A stretch of DNA of 62,950 nucleotides, filler included, from Nemertoderma westbladi (taxonomy: Eukaryota > Animalia > Xenacoelomorpha), in the NCBI GenBank assembly GCA_032718475.1. It is 3 parts of 3 records of this genome, joined end to end, with 100 filler letters (N's around TTAATTAATTAA, not from the genome) between each part and the next. Parts side by side here need not be neighbours in the genome. Positions count along the whole stretch, not along the records: positions 29,529 to 55,378 come from JAUCBJ010002045.1; positions 55,479 to 62,950 come from JAUCBJ010001210.1; 1 more part is not named here. One strand, 5' to 3'. The position numbers were made by a program, and so were the translations under genes. The notes beneath the pieces were generated by a model. That model was not told the origin of the DNA, searched no databases, and saw nothing but the letters and a program-made list of their open reading frames with translations. Below are positions 45,901 through 58,249 of this stretch, piece after piece (the stretch's first letter is position 1; the number at the start of each line of letters is the position of its first letter).

Positions 45901-48900
45901 TTCCAGGCTTCCCGATTCTCCATAGTTGTCGAAATTTTGTTTCTCCCAAATTCAGTATCCCTTTCAAGTTGATCTATATAATATGTTATGGCCGGTCGTC
46001 CACGACTACGCTTTCCATGAGTTGGTTGCCAGAAAAGTAGATCTGGTATGACCTCGTCTTTACTTCGCCAGCAGTGCAAACTGAATCTTAATCTGCATTC
46101 ACGGAGGGTGGTTGATACAGGTGGTATTGTACCATAAAGCTCGGCGTTTGTCATGTGTTGTCTCCAGCCGATGTTTAGGGCTGCCCTTAGTAGTCTTGTG
46201 TAGCAACCATCGTTGTTCAAGTGATTTAGACAGTGTCCAGGTCACACCCCCGTATAATAATACACTTTCCACTGTGACTCGAAAGAACTTAGTCTTCAGG
46301 TGCCTGCAGAGATCTGATTTCCAGATGGTATCCATTTTTGATAGAGCTACCCAAGCCTTTGCTTTCCTAACTTCTATGTCCTTTTTGCTACTCTCTATCC
46401 ATGATCCAAGGTACTGGAAGTCGTCAACCTTCCTTAGTTGATTATTGTCATTGCTTGTCAAGCTTCCATCAACATTAAAGGTCATGAATTCGGTCTTGGT
46501 AGCATTTATATGCAATCCAACCTCCTTAGCAGCCCTCTCCACTTTATTTAGTAGAAGCTGTGCATCTGCTAGGGTATTAGAGAGCAGGGCAATGTCATCC
46601 GCAAAGTCGGTGTCTGTGATTGTAGTTGCCGGATATCTACTACTTCTGCGTTCTTGAAGTGTGAATCCCAGGTCTTCACCCTTTGTGGCTGTCCTCATTG
46701 CGTAATCCAGCACAATTAAAAATAGTAATGGTGCTAATGTGTCACCTTGCAGTACCCCAGCCAGGATTGAGTAAAACTCAGTTTCACTATCTGGTGAGAG
46801 TACCTGCACTTCTGTGTCACAATATAACAATCCAATGCCAGCAACAATTACCTCTGGTATTCCATAAGCTCTTAGGATTTCAAGCATTTTGCCTCTATGG
46901 ATGGAGTCGAATGCCTTCTTGAAGTCCACAAAAGTCATTACTGCGGGGAGATTCTTTGACTTAATTCCTTCAATCAGTCTCCGTAGTGCAAGTATCTGAG
47001 CTATTGTTGATCTACTTGGTCGAAATCCGTTTTGGCTCTTACGCAGTAGTTTCTCTATGTGAGGCCTAATCCTATATGGGCATTTCCATGGAAAGTGGGA
47101 CACATTAACTCAAAATAAAACGACACTGAAAACACTGTTTTAGTAGCCTATCTGTAGTAAAAATATGTGAATTTTCTGAATTTGTAAAAATTATTTGCAA
47201 TTTCCGAAGTTTTGATTGACAATTAGTCCAAAATTTGGACACCCGATAATTTTTCTAAATTTGGTATCAAAAATTTCATATTTTGAAGAGCTTGGAATTC
47301 AAACTGGAACAGCAAAAGTATACATTGTTTGGTACCAACGTAAAGCCTGGGATATGTAGAATTTAACGGCATGAACTTTGAGATATAGTACCTTACCAGA
47401 TCTCATTTAATACAGAAATAGCCTTCCCCTCCTCAAAATGTAACGTCCGACACTTTTTTTGACAATTCTTTCTCTGATTCTTTTCCTAATAGCCAATTGA
47501 CAAAATAGTTTTCTTTCTCTTCATGCCCACGCAAGATGGCGCTACACTATCACAAGAATGGTTAACATGAAAAGCAATGCATTGAACTATGGCCAATTAA
47601 AGAGGTGTAACGTCCGACACTATGTAACGTCCGACACTGTTCGTGTATTGGTTGAAACGTGTCTCTCCCCCCATTGCAATAATGATATTCATACTTATTT
47701 GTTTTAGTGGCAATTTTGAAGTGTGTTTGAAGAAAGATGAGGTGCACTGCTGCAGTAGGCCTACTGTTAGTAGGCCTTTCCTGTATTATACTGCACACGT
47801 GTCAAATGCCCGCATTTATAATGTACTTATAGAAAAAATATCCAGTAGGATTAATACATTTACAGAAGTATCGCATGTCCAGTCCATTGAGATTTACCCG
47901 TCGATAACTAATAGAGAATACAGTAGAGAACAAATACAGGTAGCTAATAACCAATAATATAAAGACTAATAAAAAAGATGCCGAAGTCAAACGCTCAGAA
48001 GTGTAGAGAACGCAGAGAACGGCAAAACCTCAAAGCAATTGAAGATGGAAAGTTAGCTGAATTGAAACAAAAGGAGGCAAAAAGAAAACGATTGGAAAGG
48101 ATAAAAATCAAATTGGCAGGAGGGACAGCGAGAATGCGCACTACTCATCGCTTTGAAGTCAGTGCGTTTGGCGATGAAGATCTGCCTAGGTTTTAGAATA
48201 AAGGGACTTATACATAGAACAACTGTAGATAATATCTAAATTTGTAACGTCCGACACCAGTGTCTGTAACGTCCGACACCATTCCTCATCGCTTACATTG
48301 TAGTTTACATTGTTTGTGGTTCCCATTTGAAGTAGCAGACCCCACAATCTTAAAAAAAGAAGGTTTGTTTTTGTTTCCAGCGGCACATCGCCTTTATAGC
48401 TCCAATCGGCATCATTTGAGAAGCAATATAAAAATCTAGCAAAAAATTGTGTCCTTTTTGGGTAACGTCCGACACCTTTTTTTGAAATCCAAATGCTTAT
48501 ACAGGCACGCAATATTCAGTAGTGACTATATAACAGTCCAAAACTTCGATAAATTTCCTCAATTTCAAATGCTAATACAATCTCTGAAAATTACTTTCTT
48601 AAAATATATTAACTGAAAACATGATCATTTTTAAAAATGTTGTAACGTCCGACACTATGGAATTGCCCATATAGAATCATTTTATTGTATATTTTGGCAG
48701 CTACGAAAAGCAGACAGATCCCACGATAGTTTGTTGGTATGCCGAGGTCTCCTTTCTTGGGGAGAGGCTTTAGTTGACCTTTAGTCCAAATTGGTGGTGG
48801 CTTTTTCCCCTTTTAACATCCGGTTGCAAACATTCAATAATGGTCTGTTTAGCACTCCTGTTTTCCATACCTCCGCTGGGATTTCATCTAATCCACTCGC

Positions 48901-51900
48901 TTTATTATTGGACATGCTTGTAATGCTTCTTTGGAGTTCGGCAGGTGTGAAGTCCCCTGTTTCTATAGGTAGTGTCTTGTCATATATTTTCCTTGTAGGG
49001 CTGACCTCGATGTTTGGTGGCTGCCTAAGCAAGTTGCTGAAGTGATTTTTCCACTTCCCAACACGTTCTTCAGGACTATCGGCTTTGAGGCGCCCCTTTG
49101 CACAACTTTTCCGACCAGATACCTAATTTACAGTTTGCCAGGTAAGTCTTGATTGTTGCTGTATGTGAGCAGTTGTAATTGCTTCATTTTTATAATGTAT
49201 GTACTTTTCCAAGCTGATGTTGTAGGCCAATTTAAGATCGTCCTTAGCTTTCTCAACCTTGTTAATGTTCTCTGTTGTTGGTTGTTCGGTTTTAACTTTG
49301 TAGGCTATCTTAAGATCTTCTCTCTTACAAGTAACCTCAGAGTTTTGCCATGGCACATACTGTTTTCGTTTGGGTTTCTGGGGGATATGCCTCTTAGCTG
49401 ATTCCTTGTGGGCTGTTATTATATTCTGGTATATTGAATCGGTGGACTGGTCTTCATCCATATACTGAAGTGCTTCAAAGCGGTTTTGAACTTCTACTGT
49501 GTAAGCATCCTTTACTGCATTGTCAGTTCTGAGTTTCTCCCAGTCATAGTTGATTTGCTTGCTTGTCCTGGGTTTGCTGGCTCTCAAACTGAGTCTTATC
49601 TCAGCAGTCACAATTCTGTGGTCCGAACCAATTAGGTTGAACGAGCTGTATGCCTCGCAGTTAATCATGCTGTTTCTCCACTTTTTGTTTATAAGGATGT
49701 AATCCAGTTGTGCTTTGGTTCCATTAGGGTATTGAAAGATCCATAGCTTCCCTTTACTCTTTTCGAATGTGTTGTTTGTTGGTATCAATTCACATTCTTC
49801 CATTAGGTCTAAAAGTAAGTACCCATTTCTGTTAGAACTGGTGTTATAGGTGTAATAGGTGTAGGTATAGGTGTATATAGGTGGTATAGGTGTATGTCTT
49901 CTGGGCCAATTTGCGCATTCAGGTCACCAGCAATGACTTTACCATTGTGTTTCGGAATGTCCTTTATAACTCCAGTCAGATCTTCATAAAACTTGACTGC
50001 TTGTTCTGGCTCTGAGGCATTGGTTGGACTGTAGCAACATATAACTGTTGTCTTGGGATTCCCATCAAATGTTGCGATCATAACCCTGGAATTTATAGAT
50101 TCGATGTTGTTTAGGGTCTTAAGTGCAAATGGGCTTAGCAGAATTCCTACTCCGCCAATTGATGCATTGGCCGAGTTTCTTACTGCTGAGCTTGTTACTA
50201 ACGTCCATCCATTTCCAATGTCATTGTACTTCATGGCAGTGTCTTCATGACAAATCCGATGTTCTTGGATGCAGATGATGTCGATGTTATATTCCATGGC
50301 CAGAGCGACCATGTCACCCTGTTTGCTATGTGCTTTCAGCGTGCGTGTGTTCATTGTAGCAATCTTTAGTGTCGTTTTACATTTCAACAGGTTGGTTCTT
50401 TTTTCTTCTCTGTCTTCTGTTCCAGTAGCCAATTCATCGACCCCAGCCTGGTGTACCACTGAGGGACGCGGTCCTTGTTGACCCGGGCGACGACCGAGCC
50501 GGTATTTCTCCTGGAGGTTTCTCATACTCATATCTTTCAGTTGCGAGAGTAAACCGCTTGTGGTCGCAACTCCTACAAGCGTCTTCGCAGTAGGTCGCCG
50601 TTGGTTGATTACCTTCCGCCGACCTTGTCAGCATGTCTAGCCGTTGGTTGATTACCTTCCGCCTATCCATGGCCTACAGCCCTGCTGCCGACTGTAGGGG
50701 TCCTTTTGTTACACCCTGAAACAAGTGTGCCTCCTGGGTTAGGTATCCAGTATAGACAGAGCGGGGCGTGTATCATCTCTATTGCAGATGCATATCAAGC
50801 CTTTGCCTATGGTGCCCTAGCCGCTATAGCCCTCAATGACTTATTTAGTTGACGGGGCTAAACCAACCCACTCTTGATCAACTAAATAATGAGTAAGCTA
50901 CTGTCGCTTATCGGGCCTGCCCTACTGGGCTGACACTAGTACCACATTACTGCCATAGTGGTAGCAGGATCTGGGGACCTGACCTGGACCTGTCGATAAT
51001 AAATTCTCAAAAAAATGAACAAATTCTCTACCAGCACCACAAACCATTGATTTCGAATTATGTTTCGCGCTTTCGAATTCATTTTTAAGAAAGGGAAAGT
51101 ATGGACGCACTGGTATCATGTCCGGGAATATATTTAATATTGTTTTTATTTAGATTCATGACAACCCCCCCCCCCCCAAAAAAAATAATTTATGCATGAA
51201 AATTGCAGATAGGAGGTGGGGGGGGGGGGGGGAACTGGACGCAATAAAATTTCAACGCGCTCTAGGGGAAATTCGAAGCAAATAACAGATGATTACTCTT
51301 AAAAATAAAACTGTAACCTGTTATATTGTGTTTAGTTTATTGTTTTGGTTAAAATAACGTGCCAATGTAACCTGTTCCTAAGATGGGATTTGCGTCCAGT
51401 TGAACTTACCACTTTAATCATACTATTACTTAGATATTCATACATACACTAAAGACAAACACACAAACACTAAATAATGACAGCGAACGCAAAAATCCTA
51501 ACTCACCCACGGAGGAGGAGGGAGTGAAACCATTTCTGTTTCAAATTTCGTGCAATCTTATTAAGATTTGTAGAAAAATGATTTTTATTGGGGGCGGGGG
51601 GGGGGGGGGGGCATTACCTGAATAAAGAGACAATATTCTAGAACATGGTGTATATCCAATATCCATAATATATCCTAAGAATTTGCCCACCGACACCATA
51701 TCGTGGTTATCTAAAAATTTAAATTAGAGTTTATAAGATAAATATAAGGGAATCGGAACAAAACACACAGCTGATTGAACTATAAATATTACATTCAGAA
51801 ATAATATCTTATATTGAACAACATTGCCATAATCATAGAAATAATTTCTCTTTCCTCATTTCAGCGCCCAGCTTAATAGAAATCTATTTCTTTTTCTATA

Positions 51901-54050
51901 TTTTTAAAGGCTAGAAATTTAATGTTATACAGTACAAGCGCAGTAAGGTCAGCTCTGTTTTTATAATTCGACTCAATTCATAAAATTGGATTTTTAACTA
52001 CTGTGAAAAAACCTTTGACAAACGTTTTGATTACCCCATCACCCTTAATACAACAACCATTTTTAGGGGGTCGGAGCCTCCACCCCCCCCCCCCTAATTT
52101 TTTTCAAATTTCAACAAAATGCTACGAAATTTGGTATGATGATAGATCGACACCTTTTCTTACTGGTGGCCTGGCCGGATTTTTCAATTTATCAGTTATT
52201 TCCAGACAACAAGCCCTTAAAAAATGTCTATTTAGCAATGTTTAACCACCTCCGTAGACTTTATTTTTCGTCTTTGAAATATAATCTAGATATCATTAGA
52301 ACCGCCTTCTTCTTCTGTAGATTCCGAATCTGAAAACCGTTTTAAATTTAACCAAAAATTGGTAAAGATGTTATCAAAATACTAATGTGTAAATTTAGCT
52401 ATCAGAATCGCTATAATTCTGATGTTTTGTTGTCTTTATTCTAGAATATTAATTATTATTTAGCTGAGCGTTTAAAACTTGCCATCTTGTATTTTCACTA
52501 CCCATAATTAATATTCTAGAATTGAGTAAAAAAAACATTAGAATTATAGCGATTTACGTCACAAAATTTACACATTATTATTATGATAATATCTTTGCCA
52601 ATTTTTGGTTAAATTTAAAATAGTTTTCAGATTCGTAATCTACATACGAAGGCGGTTCTAATGATATCTAGATTACATTCCAAAGACGTAAAATACAGTC
52701 TACGGAGGTGGTTAAACATTGCTAAATATACATTTTTAAGGGATTGTTGTATGGAAATAACTGATAAATTGAAAAATCCGGCCATGCCCGCAGTAAGAAA
52801 AGGTGTCGAATAGCAAAATAGCAAATTTCGTTGCATTATATTGAAATTTGAAAAAAAATAGGGGGTGGGGGGGGGGGGGGGGGGTGGGCTCCGACTTGCT
52901 AAAAATGGTTGATGGTGTATATTATTATGATTCCGAGTCTTAGTTAAATGCATTATGGCAGTGATTCCAATATCATGCTAAATAATTCAATAATATTATT
53001 AACTTAGTCGAAACCCAAAGGATCTTCAGTTATTTCTCCGTATAACGCCCAGAAAGACCCCGCATGTGCGGGATTCTTTAAAAACAACAGATGGATTGAA
53101 AAGGTCTTGAAAGCTACAGGCCAGGTAAGCTGCGGTAATAATAAAATTGCACTTATTGGTAACAGCATTGGTAAATCTTAAAAGTAATAAGTTACAAACA
53201 AATTAACAAAATAGACAATAATTTTCAACGAGTCTGACAGCAGATACAGGTTGACCATTGTGGCTAAAGATGACGACAGCGCCAATTGCGTTGCAAAACC
53301 CGCCATGTTTGTCCACTTTCGGAAACCACCGCGTGTCGACTATGTCATTGATTTTTGGCTACCGGCTGTTCTCGGTTGGTACACAGTAGTTTCATAAGAA
53401 ACCACAGTGTGCCCGCACAGACACTGCGTACACAAGTTCCAGTCGAGAATTACCTATTTCGTAAGACGTATCGAGCATTCATGACAGGATAGTGAATATA
53501 GATGGCTGCCATCCATCAATGCCGCGATGAAAGTAGTTCACAACAACAATTATAGCTTAATAATGTGTTAATGTACTTTTAGAATGTCAGAGGAACTTTG
53601 TTGGTTGGAAATACTCAAGATAAATTACTCGAAAATGGATCGGCTCAGCAGTACCTAAGTCGTAGAAATCAGTTTGGAGCGGGTAAGTCAATGGTACTAG
53701 TAAGGGGTGTTGAGTCAATGGTAGGCCTACTGGATTGAGTCAATGGTACTAGTAAGGAGAGTAGAGTCAATGAAGGGGTGTTGACGAGTCAATGGTAGGC
53801 CTACTGGTTGAGTCAATGGTACTAGTAAGGAGAGTAGAGTCAATGAAGGGGTGTTGACGAGTCAATGGTAGGCCTACTGGTTGGGTCTATGGTACAAGTT
53901 TGGGTGGATGTGTCAATGGTATTATACATAACGAATAACAGAAACAAAAGCTCTCATAAGAACATTGTCGTTACAGGGCATTCTAGAGCAGAACACGAAG
54001 GACACAGTGCTGCCATGGGTCACATTGGAGGGAATAAGAGTCGCAGTTGA
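42983..54050 (+). CDS. SPMAP1: SPMAP1/C17orf98 (DUF4542)-like protein with long N-terminal extension. Exons 42983-45796, 53008-53124, 53583-53682, 53977-54050
   Basis: Spliced C-terminus LEKGFILDCVAVANLSHENFK|SKPKGSSVISPYNAQKDP...VLKATGQ|NVRGT...QQYLSRRNQFGA|GHSRAEHEGH matches my recollection of C17orf98 (LEKGFILDGVAV..SRPK..IPPYNAQQD..YLNRRN..GHS). GT-AG introns with consistent phases give ~1034 aa. The last exon is less certain. Confidence 0.8.
45854..50992 (-). mobile_element. Full-length RTE-clade LINE (APE + RT), 9-bp TSD TCGATAATA, frameshifted, in SPMAP1 intron 1
   Basis: TSD at 45845-45853 and 50993-51001; (TAG)n tail. APE motifs IATMNTRTL, CIQEHR, YSPT, GDLN, LDYIL, SDH. RT motifs QNGFR, FVDFKKAFDS, GVLQGDTL, FADD. 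Confidence 0.93.
47078..48668 (+). mobile_element. Non-autonomous Sola2-like DNA transposon inserted in RTE ORF
   Basis: TIR GGGCA(T/A)TTCCAT; ATAT TSD at 47074-47077 and 48669-48672. Removal restores the RTE frame MILYRIRPHIEK. About 7 internal GTAACGTCCGACAC motifs. Remnant basic ORF at 47978-48196. Confidence 0.75.
51206..51401 (+). mobile_element. Copy of the AACTGGACGCAA MITE
   Basis: AACTGGACGCAA (51233) ... TTGCGTCCAGTT (51390-51401); internal similarity to 2620-2790. Confidence 0.75.
52050..52913. repeat. Long imperfect inverted repeat (foldback/MITE, ~410-bp arms, ~50-bp loop)
   Basis: 52050-52456 is the reverse complement of ~52505-52913. Confidence 0.85.
53686..53920 (+). repeat. 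Minisatellite (AGTCAATGGTA core) starting at SPMAP1 exon-3 donor
   Basis: About 9 repeats of agtcaatg(g); the first overlaps gtaagtcaatgg. Confidence 0.75.
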
Positions 54051-54732
54051 CAATCAGACTTGGTTGGAGTTTTTGCTTCACGGTAAAACTTCCTGTTTCT
54101 ATCACTGCGAATGTTGCAATAATAATATAAAGAGGTTTATCTACATATTTTGGATTCCATAAATGTGTTAATGAAAAATATGACTTTTAATATATGGGGG
54201 GGGGGGGGGGGGGGGGGGGGGAGAATGGCAGATCTTATTTTATTCGTAAGCGAGAGAGGTATTTTATTTACAAAAAGACGAAGAATTGGCTTCGGTTGGA
54301 ATTGGCCAGAAGTATTTTGTCAAGAACTGGCTTTAGGGCAGGTTTGATATAAAGCATTTTGAACAAGAGTGTCTTTATACAATTTTGTAACTATAACGCA
54401 TAATATGCGTATTGCATAAAAATTATTTAATATTATTAAATAATTTTTTTTCATGATCACAAGACGGCACTGAAAACAGTAGACCACAAAACTGAATCAA
54501 TTGTGGCACCTATCTTCTGCATATCATTCATTTTATATGCTACCTAAAATTTTACGTTTTTTAGGTGCCAAATACGTTTTTATCAGTTTTACACGTCCCT
54601 GTGTGGGTAACACAGGGACGGGTTATGGATTTTCGGGTCCCCGGCAAAATTTTTGGACCCCGTTGGTAAAAAGTCATTATTAAGTAAAAAGTAAAACACA
54701 ATATTTAAAATTTACCGCCCTTTTTGCCTTAT

Positions 54733-55378
54733 GGGCGATTCCACGAAAAGGTCCCTAGCAAAATTTGAAATGATTCAACTCTACATATGATGGATGTTAA
54801 AGTAATCCAGACACCCCAAATTGTTGGGAAAACACACACTGACCCCAATATATTTATGTAACTTCAAAATCATAGGACTGAATATGAAGTAAAAATATAC
54901 AATAAATCATGTAGAAAATTCAATTATTATTATTTAATGAGGTAATTATAATTATATCTTCCTAAAATTACACCATCCGAAACACATCAATTCCATATTA
55001 CTGACAGCGTAAACGCGTTGGGTAGTGACTACTGACTAGTGACATATGAGAAATAATGAGTGACTTTGATTGTGATATGATTTTGAAAATATATTGGTAA
55101 ATCAATAAATTAGACGCAACAATTACTTTAAAAAAAAGCATTTCCTTAGCCTTGTATGTGAGTACTGAACTAGTGAATAATTTCAGATAAATCTAATTGA
55201 AAATAAAAGTAAGTTAAATGTAATGGGGTTCAAGACTCAAATTCAAAACCAGATTAATTAGATGCAATAATATCACAGAAACACAATGACGTCTACAGAA
55301 TTCAATAAGATGCTAAAATAGCCGAGATATTGGTGTTTTCAGTTTAAAAATTATTCAAAATATGAAAACGATCTGTGA
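54733..55378 (+). mobile_element. Left end of another Sola2-like transposon, cut by contig end
   Basis: TAT|GGGCGATTCCAC resembles the TIR at 47078. Confidence 0.4.
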
Positions 55379-55478
55379 NNNNNNNNNNNNNNNNNNNNNN
55401 NNNNNNNNNNNNNNNNNNNNNNTTAATTAATTAANNNNNNNNNNNNNNNNNNNNNNNNNNNNNNNNNNNNNNNNNNNN
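55379..55478. other. Artificial contig spacer
   Basis: N44-TTAATTAATTAA-N44. Confidence 0.97.
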
Positions 55479-55689
55479 AATATATAGTTAATATATTATA
55501 ATAATATATTAAATCCTTTCCGGAAATTTGCTTGATGGTAAACCCATCACAGCGAATTAATATCTCGTTTCAATGTTAAACTATCAATTTAGGGAAAGGA
55601 GTCATGTAATGTGGAGTAAGTGTGTTTTTGGTGCAGCAGAACTTACATCTCCATTATAATACATTAGAATACTACATTCCTGAGACACA

Positions 55690-56560
55690 ACATCAATGCC
55701 ATGCCACAGGCATTACTCCACTACCAACCAAAGTTTCTGCCATCCTCGACTACCCAGTACATGAATGAAAACTTGCACTCCAACGTTTCCTTGGAATGAT
55801 AAATTATTATCACCGCATTATTCCGCGCGTTGCCAGCACCCTTTCAGCACTCCACGAAGCAACAAAGGGTAAAGGTAAAGATATAATCTGGAACACAAAC
55901 TGCCAGTCCGCCTTTGAAGCCGCAAAATCAGCACTCGCAAACGCCACCCTCCTCATACACAGTAGCTGTATGAGTGATATAAGGATTAGCACCGATGCTG
56001 TTGTTGCACAGCTTGAACAGCAGAGCTCTGGGGTTTTACAACCACTGGCATTTTTTTCCCGGAATCTTACCACTGCTGAGTCGAAGCACAGCATTTTCGA
56101 CTATGAACTTTTAGCTATCTACACCTCCATTAAACACTTCCAACACTTCATCGAGTGTCGAAAGTTCCACTTACTTACTGATCACAGGCCACTTACCTTT
56201 GCTTTCTCGGCCTCTACCAATCATTCACCACGGCAAACTCGACACATGCCATACATTGCCGAATTCACAACTGATATTCGCCATTGCAAAGGCCACGTGG
56301 ACTAAACGAGTCAACGCCATACACAATCTGGCACATGCCGGTTGCCGGTTTCTGTCCAACACAACACGCAATTTCATCTAAGTTTGTATGGCATAAGATG
56401 AAATCAGACATTAGAAAATGGTGCCGAGAATGCCACCTATGCCAAGCATCAAAAGTACAGCGACACTTACACGCACCTCTTGCCACTCGACCTCAGCTTG
56501 ACCGTCGATTTGGAAAAATCCACATCGACCTTGTCGGTCCCCTTCAAGTGTCGGAAGCCA
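55690..56560 (+). pseudogene. pol: Degenerate Gypsy pol fragment (RT thumb, RNase H, integrase N-terminus)
   Basis: GMINYYHR, PLAFFSR, ELLAIY, TDHRPL, CRECHLCQASKV, IHIDLVGPL. Confidence 0.85.
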
Positions 56561-58249
56561 CACAAAGCTATACATTGATCTTAAATATGTTTGCTATGAA
56601 TGCTTGTGTTCGTGTTGGTAAATACAGTAATATCACAGTGTTAGATGTCTTACACACTAAATGCGTTTGAACCGTTGTCGCCTGTAAGACAATACTCGAT
56701 GTTAGCATCTCACCTATTTTGGTGGTAAATAAAACAAGATGTTTCTTTTAAACAATGTTAATGCATAATGAGCAGCAACGATAATAACAGCAATAATAAC
56801 AATAAATCAATGTTAACTATGTAAGTATGTAAGGTAAGCAGGTAAGTATGTAAGAAGGTAAGGTAATAGTCTAGACCTCTTAGATCTTATGAGGTCTAGT
56901 TAAGGGGTTTTGAGGGTTATAATATGAAGGTTATGCCTACAAATGAACTAAATCTAAACTAAAAATACAATGATCACAGAAGGGCGGCCACTAAGTAGTA
57001 GCCAATGAGGGCCGCCCACAAACACGAAAGCAACACTACTCACTATCTGTAAGCTGAGTGCAGACTTTCTGAGCCGACCAATAGGAGAAATAGGCAGACT
57101 AAATACAAATATCAGATTTACCAGCACGAATAAGTAGTGGGGCTAGCCGTGTATCTGAATGGCAATATTCCTGTACACAATAAATATTATAATACTAGCG
57201 TTACATAGATTTTGGGGCTTGTGGAGCTGTGCATCAAAAAGCCTCCAATTCCAGAATCCCTCTCCACCTTACAATCTGGCATCCAAGGTGACCCAGGTTT
57301 TGGGTCAGAAAGGTCACCAGAATTGTTGAATGCAGAATTGTTGGCCGCTCTCTCTCCAGTAGGGAGTGCGACAGGCAGCTTCTCAGGAGATAACTGACGC
57401 CTGTGAGGCCAATTGTGTCCGGTAATTCCACTGGCCTCTAGTGGCCGGACCTCCATATTTACTAATGTAATCCATAGTGGGGGTTGGGGGGTGCTTTAAA
57501 TACCACACCATGGTTTGCCATTCCACAGGGTGGGTGTATGAGTTAAGTCAGTTAGGGTGCATATCACCCATACCTACACTGAAGCACATGACCAACCACT
57601 GGCTATGCAGCTCATCTGCTGGGCCATGCCCTGTACCCCTGCTGCCAGATGCAGCTCGCAGTGGAGTGCGCTCAAATTGGAGATGAGAGTATTCTACTCC
57701 TGACCAGCCATTGGTAGATTACTATGTGCCTGGTCAGACGATTTTCTAGATCAATGACCCAGAATACCAGACCTTGAATACCCCTATGATACAGTAAGAG
57801 CATGGAATTGCTCAGTTTTGCGCCACAAATGCAATATAAAATAATTGATTAGTTAATCGATTTATTTATAATTTGTACTACTAAATAGATTCAGGTCCAT
57901 TATCTTTAAGTTTGAGTTCGGGAAATGGATCAGATTTTAAGATTGTATTGGACACACTATACAACACACCTGAAAGCGCAAGACAGCACAAGGAAAGAGC
58001 AATTGAGCTTAGTTTATGACGCAGCAACATAAAGGGTTGTTTCTTAATCGATATCATATTAAGTTGAGTTTATTAATCGGTCCCGCTGTTTGAGTGGTGC
58101 ATGGTTTGTCCTTTAGAATATTATAAACATTGATAATTATATAATAAAATAAAGAAATAAATTAATAAAATAAAATAAATAGTTTAATCAGTACAAATAA
58201 ACTTGATACTAAGGTTAGTGAGTGTTAGGTTGCCGTTACACCTGTTATA

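Noticed and set aside
56700-57800. Possible minus-strand LINE 3' remnant
   Set aside because: Too degraded to support a call without a search.
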